Shown one piece after another: positions 20,577 to 30,167 of a stretch of DNA of 64,000 bases. This stretch comes from Thermoplasmata archaeon. Its GTDB lineage: Archaea > Thermoplasmatota > Thermoplasmata > Thermoplasmatales > ARK-15. The notes beneath the pieces were generated by a model that worked only from the letters and a program-made list of their open reading frames with translations, had not been told where the DNA came from and did no database searches. The position numbers and the translations under genes were made by a program. Location of the stretch: positions 144,752-208,751 of the forward strand of contig JBAMMA010000017.1 of the NCBI GenBank assembly GCA_039794005.1, in the 5' to 3' direction. How positions within the stretch are numbered: the first letter of the stretch is position 1; each line of letters opens with the position of its first letter.

Positions 20577-21635
20577 TTAATAATGAAAAACCTTTTTGAC
20601 ATATCTTGATTCCATTAATTGTAATAGGCTTGGATAAAGGGGATAAAATGCAAGTCTATCACCCACCTTAATATCTCTTTTTATATTCCTTATATCCAAT
20701 ATCATGTGATCTCCAGAACCTCCCAAAATTTTAACATCTTCCAATGGTATCAACGCATCAAATTCCACATCATGTTTCCCCATTGCCAAAATTGCCCTTT
20801 TTATTAAGCCAATATTTTCAAACTTCGGTATTTTTCCAAATGCATCCCTTCCAATTTCTCCATCAGGTATCGTTGGCTTTTCATCAATTTCTATTATTTC
20901 ACCCTCAACTACGAACGTATCCTGTCTCAAATAATCGATCTTCCTATCATTTGTAGTGTCTCGACCTAAAGCTATTGCCTCACCTATTCTTAATTGATTT
21001 ACCCCCTTTAAAAGACCCATTTCATAAAGTATTAGGGTATCAGTTGCACCTCCACTCATTATATTTATATTAAATCCATGTTCTTCCAGCATTTTACCAA
21101 TTTCTAAAAATTCTTCCAACTTTTTTACAGTAGGTTTTACACCTCCATAACATCCTAGGTTCATTGCTATTCCTTCAACATTTAAATTTGGAAGTTTATA
21201 TATTAAATTAAAAAATTCTAACAACCTCTCTTTTAATACTCCTTCTCTTAAATCACCCATTTCAACCATAACAATAATCGAATATTTTTTATCAAAATTC
21301 CTTGCATATAATGATAATGATTTTGCAACATCATACTCAGTTATTATTGCACCATCCGAATATTTCACACTTAACTTAGATTCAGAAATCATGGGAGACC
21401 TTATCTGATATATCCTTTCCCTAATACCACCTTTTCTCAATCTGTAAATATTCTGAATCCTTGAATCTCCAAAAAGTGTTATCCCGGATTCTAAGAGTGT
21501 TTTTGCATAATATGGGTGGCCACTCATAACCTTCGTTACACCCATAATCTCTATTTTATTCTTAGAAAGCCTGTTATAAAGTTCAGTAGAATTAAACTTA
21601 ATCTTATCTAAAAAAATATGTAAAAGGGGATACAT
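20577..21635 (-). CDS. alanine/ornithine racemase family PLP enzyme (fold type III)
   Basis: GVTKV (PLP lysine), GDSRIQN, MVEMGDLREG, NLGCYGG, SGG, LRIGE, GGSGDH. Confidence 0.85.
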   Translation of the reverse strand: MYPLLHIFLDKIKFNSTELYNRLSKNKIEIMGVTKVMSGHPYYAKTLLESGITLFGDSRIQNIYRLRKGGIRERIYQIRSPMISESKLSVKYSDGAIITEYDVAKSLSLYARNFDKKYSIIVMVEMGDLREGVLKERLLEFFNLIYKLPNLNVEGIAMNLGCYGGVKPTVKKLEEFLEIGKMLEEHGFNINIMSGGATDTLILYEMGLLKGVNQLRIGEAIALGRDTTNDRKIDYLRQDTFVVEGEIIEIDEKPTIPDGEIGRDAFGKIPKFENIGLIKRAILAMGKHDVEFDALIPLEDVKILGGSGDHMILDIRNIKRDIKVGDRLAFYPLYPSLLQLMESRYVKKVFHY

Positions 21636-21640
21636 TATTT

Positions 21641-22981
21641 TTAAATAATTTCCTTGATACTCTTTTCAATTATTGATATTGCTGTATTGATCTCCTCATT
21701 TCCTATTATGAGAGGAGGCCTGAATCTTATACCCTTTTCACCCGTCTTTAATACTAGTAGGCCATTTTTATATAATGTTCCAAACAGTTTGTCCCTTGTG
21801 TTTGTATCCTTGAGGTCAAATGCATCCATAAGTCCTCTTCCCCTAACATTGTTCATTAAGGATGGATATTTTTCCTGAACTTCCCACAATGCCTTGACAA
21901 AAACATCTCCCATCTTTGCGGCATTGTCTACCAATTTTTCTTCATGAATTATTTCTAATACCTTTGTACTTTTTACCATATCCACAAGGTTTCCTCCCCA
22001 TGTGGAATTAATCCTGCTAGAAACCTTGAAAACGTTATCTTCAATATCATCCACCTTTGGCCCTACCATTATGCCACATACCTGAGTCTTCTTTCCAAAC
22101 GCTATGATATCTGGAATGACATCAAAGTGTTGGTGAGCCCACCATTTTCCAGTTATTCCTAGTCCACTTTGAACCTCATCAACGATGAACATTATATCCC
22201 ATTTCCTTGTTATCCTTTCAATTTCTTTCAAATATTCTTTCCTGAAATGGTTATCTCCACCTTCACCCTGAATTGGTTCCATGATAAATGCTGCTATATC
22301 ATCCGGATTTTCTTTAAGTGCATTCTCTATCTCCTCAAGACTCCTTTTCTCCAATTCCTGCACTTTTTTAAGATTTTCTTCATTTAGTGGGAACGTAATT
22401 TTTGGATTCGTCACTCTAGGCCAGTTAAATTTGGGGAAATATTTTGTCTTGTTTGGATCAAAAGTGTTTGTCAAAGACAAAGTATATCCAGATCTACCGT
22501 GAAAAGCCTCCTTTAAATGTATTACCTTGAATCCTTTTTCCTCTTTATACCCCTTTTTAAAATTTTTTCTTACTTTCCAGTCAAAGGCAGTTTTAAGTGC
22601 ATTTTCTACTGCCAAAGCTCCACCATCTATAAAGAAGAAATATTTCATGTAATCTGGTGTCGCATATCTGGACAAGGCATCTACAAATTCTGCCATTTCA
22701 ACAGTATATACATCGCTATTTGTAGGTTTATTTATCGCGGCATAGTGCACTTTTTTTAAGAATTCTGGGTCAAACATCTTTGGATGATTCATACCTACAG
22801 CATTTGTTGCAAAGAATCCAAAGAAGTCTAAAAATTTTCTATCATACCTGGAATCGTATATCCATGCTCCTTTGCTCCTTTCAAGGTCCAAAACCATATC
22901 AAATCCATCTGTCAATATTCTTCTCGATAAAACCTCATGAACTTCTTTTGGAGTGATCATATCTGATGATAAGTCAATCAT
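21641..22981 (-). CDS. lat: L-lysine 6-aminotransferase (class III PLP)
   Basis: KPTNSDVY, GALAVENALKTAFDWK, AFHGRSGYTLSLT, EPIQGEGGDNH, FGKKTQVCG, SSRINSTWGG. Confidence 0.92.
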   Translation of the reverse strand: MIDLSSDMITPKEVHEVLSRRILTDGFDMVLDLERSKGAWIYDSRYDRKFLDFFGFFATNAVGMNHPKMFDPEFLKKVHYAAINKPTNSDVYTVEMAEFVDALSRYATPDYMKYFFFIDGGALAVENALKTAFDWKVRKNFKKGYKEEKGFKVIHLKEAFHGRSGYTLSLTNTFDPNKTKYFPKFNWPRVTNPKITFPLNEENLKKVQELEKRSLEEIENALKENPDDIAAFIMEPIQGEGGDNHFRKEYLKEIERITRKWDIMFIVDEVQSGLGITGKWWAHQHFDVIPDIIAFGKKTQVCGIMVGPKVDDIEDNVFKVSSRINSTWGGNLVDMVKSTKVLEIIHEEKLVDNAAKMGDVFVKALWEVQEKYPSLMNNVRGRGLMDAFDLKDTNTRDKLFGTLYKNGLLVLKTGEKGIRFRPPLIIGNEEINTAISIIEKSIKEII

Positions 22982-23009
22982 AAATAAAAAAATTTTTAAT
23001 TTTAATTTT

Positions 23010-23545
23010 TCAATAATTACCAGAAAGGTTATCCAATATGTTAATCAATTTCAAAATAAATTATTATAGAATATGTATATGGATCCAAACCATGATAATA
23101 CAGATCTTTGAATTTCTATTTAAAATTCATAGGAATATGGTAAGATGAATTAAAGGATAAAACATTATCATTATCTCAATTGATAATAATTTCTAACATA
23201 TTCAAATCAAATATATTATTTTCCATATATATTATATAATTTTAAAATTTAAATTAGGAATTTTTTTGTAAGCATGATATCCATGATTGTGGAAATGCTA
23301 TAAATATAATATTTTCATTTTTTAGCAGTATTACATAATTTTTATATGATATGTCAAATAAAATATTATAATTACAGGATCAATTTTTATTTTATATTTT
23401 TGACATTTTATAAAAATTAGATTTTCAAGTCCATAATATGATAATATTCCAACGATTTATCATTTATTTACCAAATATTCATTTATATTAAATCTTGATT
23501 TTTTACCTCCATTTTCAGTATATTTATTAACAATTTATTGTTCTA
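23010..23545 (-). pseudogene. decayed paralog of the secreted alpha/beta-hydrolase genes at 23588 and 46059
   Basis: Manual translation gives IVNKYT, NINEYLVNK**IVGILSYYG, FKDLYYHGLDPYTYSIIIYFE and NILDNLSGNY*, colinear with the intact copies. Confidence 0.75.
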
Positions 23546-23587
23546 TTATTCATTATAAAAGGAAGTAAAAAATGAAATATAAAAATT

Positions 23588-24460
23588 TCAATAATTTCCA
23601 TTCAAATTATTTATCAAGGTGTTTGCAACATTTTGGTCCTGGAAATAGCAATATCCATGATATGTGTAATTCACAATAGTAATTGTGTGCAGGGCATGGA
23701 AAACATATTGATAATTGTGATATATGTCTGTGGCTGACTGAACTGTGACTACACCATCATTCTGCATACCATGGAATAAAATCTTTGCCCACCAGGGTGT
23801 GCAATCTCCTGCATATGTCATAATTACAGTGTTTGGATAATTATTTATTATATTTTGTTCATTGCTCTGAAGATTCATGATGAATTGTGACCCCGGCGAC
23901 ATTTCTTTAATCTGATATCCATAATTATCCAATAGCCCAAATTCTTGTAAATATGATACTACCTTAGCGTATGGAGTTCCTCCAAATGGAGTTCCAATGA
24001 AAATTACATTTTCCAGGTTTGCTGAAATTAAGTAATTTTCTAGCATGTATGCCACTACAAGACCTCCCATACTATAGCCAACAATATCTAGATTTATATT
24101 TCCATATATGCTTGTTAGATTATTAATACCAAGATATAGTTGATATGAAATATTTTCTATTGGAGTATTATTTGTTCCATAAAAGCTGTTGTTTGTTATT
24201 TGTAGTCCATTGCTAAGATTTATTACAAATGGCCCAAGGTAGAAAGACACAATTCCCACTGTAAATCCAGCATTAACTAACTGTTGGTATATATTAACCC
24301 CCATCATCCATTGCCCATTTCCTGGGTCATTAAAACCATTTACAAGTAGAACAAAAGTTGGATTATTAACATCTGCAAAAGTTGCACTTGGCATTAGTGA
24401 TAAAACAATCATCGATATGCCTACCAATATAACTATTCCAATTACTATCTTTCCTGCCAT
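23588..24460 (-). CDS. secreted alpha/beta-hydrolase (lipase/esterase-like)
   Basis: Signal peptide, GYSMGG nucleophile elbow, IGTPFGG, NDGVV, distal His. Confidence 0.85.
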   Translation of the reverse strand: MAGKIVIGIVILVGISMIVLSLMPSATFADVNNPTFVLLVNGFNDPGNGQWMMGVNIYQQLVNAGFTVGIVSFYLGPFVINLSNGLQITNNSFYGTNNTPIENISYQLYLGINNLTSIYGNINLDIVGYSMGGLVVAYMLENYLISANLENVIFIGTPFGGTPYAKVVSYLQEFGLLDNYGYQIKEMSPGSQFIMNLQSNEQNIINNYPNTVIMTYAGDCTPWWAKILFHGMQNDGVVTVQSATDIYHNYQYVFHALHTITIVNYTYHGYCYFQDQNVANTLINNLNGNY

Positions 24461-24604
24461 CGAACCGTATATTAATTAATCCTTTATAAAATTTTCTAAA
24501 ATATTCAAATTAATTTAGAATTTTTTTAAAAAATTTAAGGAAATTAATTACACAATTGGGTAAAATTTATTAATGTTTAAAAAATAATACCCTCAGGATC
24601 AAAT

Positions 24605-24997
24605 ATGAGAATTTGTATTGCAACATCTGGTCCTGGTGGAATGAATGATTATGTTAGCCCGGTTTTTGGTAGGTGTCCAACATTTACTATTGTTGATGTT
24701 GAAGGTACACAAATAAAAAATGTAAAGGTGATCCAAAATCCAGGATACTATTCATCAAGCGGTGCAGGTGTTTTGGCCGCTCAGGAAATTGTTAATGAAG
24801 GATGTAATGTATTAATATCTGGATCGGTAGGACCAAATTCATATCAGGTATTGAGCATGGGTCATGTTGATATGAGGTCATGTTCACCTGTGACTGTTAA
24901 AGATGCTATAAATGCATTTTTGGAAGGAAGGTTGCCAATTTCTGTTCCTACCCCAGGCGGAAGGCACGGTATGGGAAGAAGGTTTGGCCAATGGTAG
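24605..24997 (+). CDS. NifB/NifX family (MTH1175-like) protein
   Basis: VSPVFGRCPTFTIVD, GAGV, GSVGPN; G/R-rich tail. Confidence 0.88.
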   Translation: MRICIATSGPGGMNDYVSPVFGRCPTFTIVDVEGTQIKNVKVIQNPGYYSSSGAGVLAAQEIVNEGCNVLISGSVGPNSYQVLSMGHVDMRSCSPVTVKDAINAFLEGRLPISVPTPGGRHGMGRRFGQW

Positions 24998-25001
24998 CAT
25001 T

Positions 25002-25841
25002 ATGATAATTGGAGTAACTGGCGGTAAAGGTGGTACAGGAAAAAGCACTTTTGCTGTAAACATATCTACAATATTATCCAGGAAATACAAGGTAAAATTG
25101 ATTGATGCAGATGTTGAATGCCCAAATGACCATATACTTTTGTCTAGAGAATTAAAAAATGAGAAGAGGGAACATGTATTCATACCTTCTTTCAATTATC
25201 AAAAATGTATCAAATGCGGTCTTTGTCAAAAAAATTGTGGTGAAAATGCAATTGTAATGTTCAAGAACGGTTATCCGTTCCTTTTACCCAATTTATGCTC
25301 TTCTTGTAAAACGTGTTATTTAATTTGTCCAACGGATGCCATAGAAAACGGTAAAAAAATCATAGGATCAACATTCATAACAGAGATCAATAATAATCTT
25401 GTATTAATAACTGGAATGCTAGATCCAGGACAGGAAAGATCATATCCAATGGTATTGAGAACTTTGGAAAGATCAAATGAAATAGAATCAGAAATTACAA
25501 TAATAGATACATCTGCAGGAACTGGAAATCATGTAGCCGCATCTTTAATGGATGCAGATTTTGTTTTCATAGTTACAGAACAAACACCTTTAGGTCTACA
25601 CGATTTGATGATGATTGAAAAGCTTCTAGAAAAAATGGAAAAAAAATATTATGTTATCGTAAACAGATATGGAATATCGGATATAAAAATTGAAGATAAA
25701 GTTGTAGGAAATATACCATTTGACAGTAGGATTGCTGAAAGCTATTACAAGGGAATCCCTGCAGTTGATTTGTTTAAGGATACAGAAATTGAAAGTTATT
25801 TTTCCAAGCCTTTAGAGGTAATAGGAATATGGCAGAAATAG
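25002..25841 (+). CDS. MinD-family P-loop ATPase with inserted 2x[4Fe-4S] domain
   Basis: GGKGGTGKST, DADVECPN, CIKCGLC, CSSCKTC, DTSAG; start placed at ATG 25002. Confidence 0.88.
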   Translation: MIIGVTGGKGGTGKSTFAVNISTILSRKYKVKLIDADVECPNDHILLSRELKNEKREHVFIPSFNYQKCIKCGLCQKNCGENAIVMFKNGYPFLLPNLCSSCKTCYLICPTDAIENGKKIIGSTFITEINNNLVLITGMLDPGQERSYPMVLRTLERSNEIESEITIIDTSAGTGNHVAASLMDADFVFIVTEQTPLGLHDLMMIEKLLEKMEKKYYVIVNRYGISDIKIEDKVVGNIPFDSRIAESYYKGIPAVDLFKDTEIESYFSKPLEVIGIWQK

Positions 25842-26704
25842 TTGTCGCAAGCGGAAAAGGAGGAGTTGGTAAATCCACAGTACTATCATCATTGGCTATA
25901 TTTTTCAAAGAAAAGAATAACGCAATAGTAGATGGGGATGCAGAGGCTCCAAATTTACATTTATTGTTTGATGTTGAATGGTTGGAAGATAGAGAGTACA
26001 AGGGTAAAAGTATAGCCGTTGTTAATCATGATAAATGCAATTTATGCGGTAAATGTGTTGAAGTTTGTGAATATAAAGCTATAAAGCTGGAAAAAAATAG
26101 AATAAAAATTCTAGATTATATTTGTGAAGGTTGCCGTGCATGTGTGGTTACATGTCCTGAAAAAGCAATAGAGATTAAAAATGAAATCTATTCTGGCAGG
26201 ATAAGAATTGGTAGAACAGAATATGGTCCTTTCATATCTCCTGAATTAGAACCCGGTCAATCAAACAGTGGAAAGCTCGTCACAGAGGAAAAAAATATTG
26301 CAAGATCTTGGAAAGAAAAGGGTATAAAAAATATACTGGTGGATTCTGCCGCTGGTATAGGTTGTCAGGTAATAGCATCAATGGGAGGAGCAAATTATGC
26401 AATTTTAGTCGTTGAACCAACCAAATCAAGTTTCTCGGATATGTTAAGAGCCTACGATCTTTCTTACCATTTCAGAATTAAGAGTTTTATAATAATAAAC
26501 AAATATGACATAAATCCAGGATTTGATTTGATAGAAAAATTTTCAAGGGAAGAAGGTATTGAAATAATAGGCAAAATTCCATACGATAAAAATATCCCAA
26601 TATCAATGGCAAGAAACATGCCAATATTTTTATATGATCCAAACTCACCTTCAGTAAAAGCAATGAAAGACTTTTTCCCATCAATATCAAACATATTCGA
26701 ATAA
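25829..26704 (+). CDS. MinD-family P-loop ATPase with inserted 2x[4Fe-4S] domain (paralog)
   Basis: SGKGGVGKST, CNLCGKC, CEGCRAC, NSGKLV, DSAAGIGC. Confidence 0.88.
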   Translation: MAEIVVASGKGGVGKSTVLSSLAIFFKEKNNAIVDGDAEAPNLHLLFDVEWLEDREYKGKSIAVVNHDKCNLCGKCVEVCEYKAIKLEKNRIKILDYICEGCRACVVTCPEKAIEIKNEIYSGRIRIGRTEYGPFISPELEPGQSNSGKLVTEEKNIARSWKEKGIKNILVDSAAGIGCQVIASMGGANYAILVVEPTKSSFSDMLRAYDLSYHFRIKSFIIINKYDINPGFDLIEKFSREEGIEIIGKIPYDKNIPISMARNMPIFLYDPNSPSVKAMKDFFPSISNIFE

Positions 26705-26761
26705 TAAAACAGAGTTAAAAATAAAGTAAAATTAAAATCGATTAAACATTTTATCCAATTT

Positions 26762-27670
26762 ATGGGAAATGAAAATTTGAAAGTATGGCTAGATGGTAAA
26801 ATCATTAATTATAATGATGCAAAAGTTTCAATTTTAACGCATTCTTTGCAATATGGTTCAGGCATTTTTGAAGGCATAAGGGCATATATGGGAGAGCACG
26901 GTGTTTTAATATTTAGGTTAAGGGATCATATATTAAGATTTTTGAATACAGCCAGGATATATTACATGAATTTAAATTACACATTACAGGAGCTTGAGAT
27001 GGCTGTAATAGATACTGTAAAGGCAAACGGGAAAAACGATTTTTACATAAGGCCATTCGCATTTTACAACGACGATAATATAGGTTTATCACCATTTAAA
27101 AAGAAGATTTCAGTATTTATAGCAGCGGTTCCATTCAAAGAGTATTTGAGTGAAAAGAACGGTGTTAGAGTTAAAATATCTTCATGGAGGAGAATGAATT
27201 CAAATATTCTTCCAATAAAGGCAAAGGCCAGCGGTAATTATTTGAATTCAATAATTGCTCACATGGAAGTAAAGGTAGCGGGATATGATGAAGCAATTAT
27301 ACTGGATGAGCATGGGTATGTGGCGGAGGGACCCGGAGAAAATATATTCATTATTAAAGATAATACATTAATAACGCCGGGTGATGAATCCAACATTTTG
27401 CAGGGAATTACAAGAGATACAATAATCAAAATCTCCAGCGATTTAGGTCTATCTGTGAAGGAAAGAATGATTCACAGGGAGGAATTATACACAGCAGATG
27501 AATTATTTTTCACAGGCACAGCTGCAGAAATATCGCCAATAGTAGAAGTCGATAATATAAAAATAAACGATGGTAAGATTGGTGAAAATACCAAAAAGAT
27601 CAAGGAAATGTACATGGAAATTGTTAGGGGAAGAATATCTAAGTATAAGGATTGGTTGATAGAGGTATGA
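26762..27670 (+). CDS. ilvE: branched-chain amino acid aminotransferase
   Basis: LQYGSGIFEGIRAY, KASGNY, EGPGENIF, GITR, TGTAAE. Confidence 0.95.
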   Translation: MGNENLKVWLDGKIINYNDAKVSILTHSLQYGSGIFEGIRAYMGEHGVLIFRLRDHILRFLNTARIYYMNLNYTLQELEMAVIDTVKANGKNDFYIRPFAFYNDDNIGLSPFKKKISVFIAAVPFKEYLSEKNGVRVKISSWRRMNSNILPIKAKASGNYLNSIIAHMEVKVAGYDEAIILDEHGYVAEGPGENIFIIKDNTLITPGDESNILQGITRDTIIKISSDLGLSVKERMIHREELYTADELFFTGTAAEISPIVEVDNIKINDGKIGENTKKIKEMYMEIVRGRISKYKDWLIEV

Positions 27671-29013
27671 ATTACGTAATTATAGGCCTGGGAACCGCTG
27701 GGGTTTATGCAACAAGATATATTTCCTCTATTGATAGGGAATCAAATATTATAATAATTGAAAAAAATAAATATGAATCATATTCTCCATGTGGTATTCC
27801 ATTTATAATAGAAAAGGGAGAAAATTTGGATTTGCTAAAACATCCATTCCCAAGGACAAAGAGAATTAATGTATATATAAATCATGAAGCTAAGGAGATA
27901 GACATTATCAACAAAAAGGTAATCTTTGAAGATTTAAATTCGAAGGAAATAAAAGAAGTTCAGTATGATAAATTGCTTTTTTCAACCGGCGCAGAACCTT
28001 TTATACCACCAATCAAAAACGCATCGGATTATCTCAATAAAGGTGTTTTTGTAATCAAAAGGCTGGAAGATGCTGAAAATCTAACGAATTACATAAAGAA
28101 AAATGAAGTTAAAAATATTGTTATCGTAGGTGCAGGACCTATTGGTCTAGAAATGGCATATTCAATGAAGAGTTTTGGCCTAAATGTAAATGTTTTTGAA
28201 ATGCTGAATCAAGTATTCCCAAAATCCCTGGACCCAGATATGGCTGAAGAAGTACAAAAATTCATGACCGAAAATGGAATAAAGATAAATCTCTCATCTC
28301 CGGTTGATGAAATTGTAGTAGATGGAAAAAAGGTAGTTGGAATAAAATCTAAAAACAATTTTTATCCTGGAGATGTAGTAATTTTAAGCGTTGGTTTTAA
28401 GCCAAACACAGAACTTTTAAAGAATAAAGTAGAAATGGAAAAGAATTTCATAATTGTGGATGATCATATGAGAACATCAAATTCTGACATTTACGCGGCT
28501 GGAGATAACGTAATGATAAAGAATTTGATAAACAACGAAAAGACAGTTTTTCAGATTGCCACAGTTGCAGCAAAACAGGGAATGGTGGCAGGAATAAATA
28601 TGGCAGGTAAGGAGGCAATATATTCAGGAACAACATTTACATTTGTTTCAAAGATTGGTTCTTTGGAAGTCGCATCAACCGGATTGACAGAATCAGAAGC
28701 ATCAAAGAAAAGCAAGGTTTATTCTGCAAGGGCTAAAGGATTAAACAGGCCTAAATATACTGGTGGAACTGAGATTATCATGAAAATTATATGTGATGAA
28801 AGTGGTAAAATTTTAGGAGCCCAGGCCATAGGGGATCAGGCATCACAAAAGATAAATGTTATCTCTATGGCATTAAGGAAAAATTCCAATATTATGGACA
28901 TATTAGCAAATGAAATGGCATATTGCCCTGAAGTATCTGAACTGTATGATATAACTAACATGGCCGCAGATCTCCTTTTGAAAAAATTAAATATACAGAA
29001 ATTTATAATATAA
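27667..29013 (+). CDS. FAD-dependent oxidoreductase (NADH oxidase / CoA-disulfide reductase family)
   Basis: GLGTAG, YSPCGIP redox Cys, GAGPIGLE, IYAAGD, AYCP; ATGA overlap with ilvE. Confidence 0.88.
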   Translation: MNYVIIGLGTAGVYATRYISSIDRESNIIIIEKNKYESYSPCGIPFIIEKGENLDLLKHPFPRTKRINVYINHEAKEIDIINKKVIFEDLNSKEIKEVQYDKLLFSTGAEPFIPPIKNASDYLNKGVFVIKRLEDAENLTNYIKKNEVKNIVIVGAGPIGLEMAYSMKSFGLNVNVFEMLNQVFPKSLDPDMAEEVQKFMTENGIKINLSSPVDEIVVDGKKVVGIKSKNNFYPGDVVILSVGFKPNTELLKNKVEMEKNFIIVDDHMRTSNSDIYAAGDNVMIKNLINNEKTVFQIATVAAKQGMVAGINMAGKEAIYSGTTFTFVSKIGSLEVASTGLTESEASKKSKVYSARAKGLNRPKYTGGTEIIMKIICDESGKILGAQAIGDQASQKINVISMALRKNSNIMDILANEMAYCPEVSELYDITNMAADLLLKKLNIQKFII

Positions 29014-29120
29014 TTAGGAATTTAAAACATTTTTTAATTTTTCACATATTTTTTTGATAATTTTCCAACTAATGTAATGTTTGATAAAATTATTATAAAG
29101 TAATTTTAATAGGTATAGTA

Positions 29121-30167
29121 ATGTCAAATTTATTGTGGACATTTATCATCGTTTTTATTTTAATTTGGGTAGTATTATTCATTTTAATAAAATTAATAAA
29201 AAATAGGGAGAAGGAGGAGATTGAAAAAAATTTGGAGGAGGAGGCAATGAACAAAATAAAAACGATGGAAGGAATGGTTAATGAAATAAAGAATCTCAGT
29301 TTAGAATATATCTCCTTGGAAAATATGTTAAACAAGGCAAGGAATAAGCTAGAGGTAGAAAGTTATCAAGATGTATTTGACATTTACAACGATTTTCTAA
29401 TCTCGTACAGGAGAATCAGGGAGTCCGGTAATGTTGTATTTCAAGAAAAAGGGGAAACAAAAGAGGAAGATAAGAAAAAGGTATTGGAGGAATTACCTAA
29501 AGATTATCTACCTGCTAAATTCTGGTTAAGCAAAGCGGAAGAGGCAATAAAAAACATGGATGAAAATACAAAGAATGAGGCGATGAAATATCTATCTTTA
29601 GCAAAATATTATTTTGATTCTAAGGAATATACAGAATCAATAAAATATTCGAATAAGATTGTTAGGATTTTTGAAACAAAAAAGGAAGAAAAGATAGAAT
29701 TTGAAAGGTCAAAAGAGGGAATGGAAGAATATTACATGCCATCAAAGTTTTTGATAGAAAAGATAGAGAGCAATTTAGATAAAATACACGGAAGAAAAGA
29801 GATTGAGGAACACCTGAAAAAGGCGAAAGAATACTTTGACCAAGGATATTACAGGGATGCCATGATAGAAGCTAGAAAGGCAGAAGAGAACTTTGAAGAA
29901 TTCATTAAATTGAAAAAGGAAGTAAAGGTGGAGGAGAAAAAGGAAGAAGAGATCGTTTTAGACAAATATTATTTGCCTTCAAAATATTGGATATCCAAAG
30001 CCGAAAAGGATTTATTATTGCTTCCAGAGGAATATAGGCAAAATTTTGAAAGCAAATTGAATGTGGCAAAAAATTCCTTTAAAGATAAAAATTATTTTGA
30101 TGCAATGAAAATATCTATAGAAGTGGACAGAGAGATTCAATTAATGCTTGAGAGCATCCAATCTTAA
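29121..30167 (+). CDS. membrane-anchored protein with internal helical repeats
   Basis: N-terminal TM; three repeats of Y(L/M)P(A/S)K(F/Y)...AK..F....Y. Confidence 0.75.
   Translation: MSNLLWTFIIVFILIWVVLFILIKLIKNREKEEIEKNLEEEAMNKIKTMEGMVNEIKNLSLEYISLENMLNKARNKLEVESYQDVFDIYNDFLISYRRIRESGNVVFQEKGETKEEDKKKVLEELPKDYLPAKFWLSKAEEAIKNMDENTKNEAMKYLSLAKYYFDSKEYTESIKYSNKIVRIFETKKEEKIEFERSKEGMEEYYMPSKFLIEKIESNLDKIHGRKEIEEHLKKAKEYFDQGYYRDAMIEARKAEENFEEFIKLKKEVKVEEKKEEEIVLDKYYLPSKYWISKAEKDLLLLPEEYRQNFESKLNVAKNSFKDKNYFDAMKISIEVDREIQLMLESIQS

Noticed and set aside
24912-25001. Long N-terminal extensions in the ORF track (also speD 3414, rpl10e 48273, acyl-CoA ligase 52962)
   Set aside because: Family motifs begin at later start codons; the extensions overlap other genes or promoter DNA.
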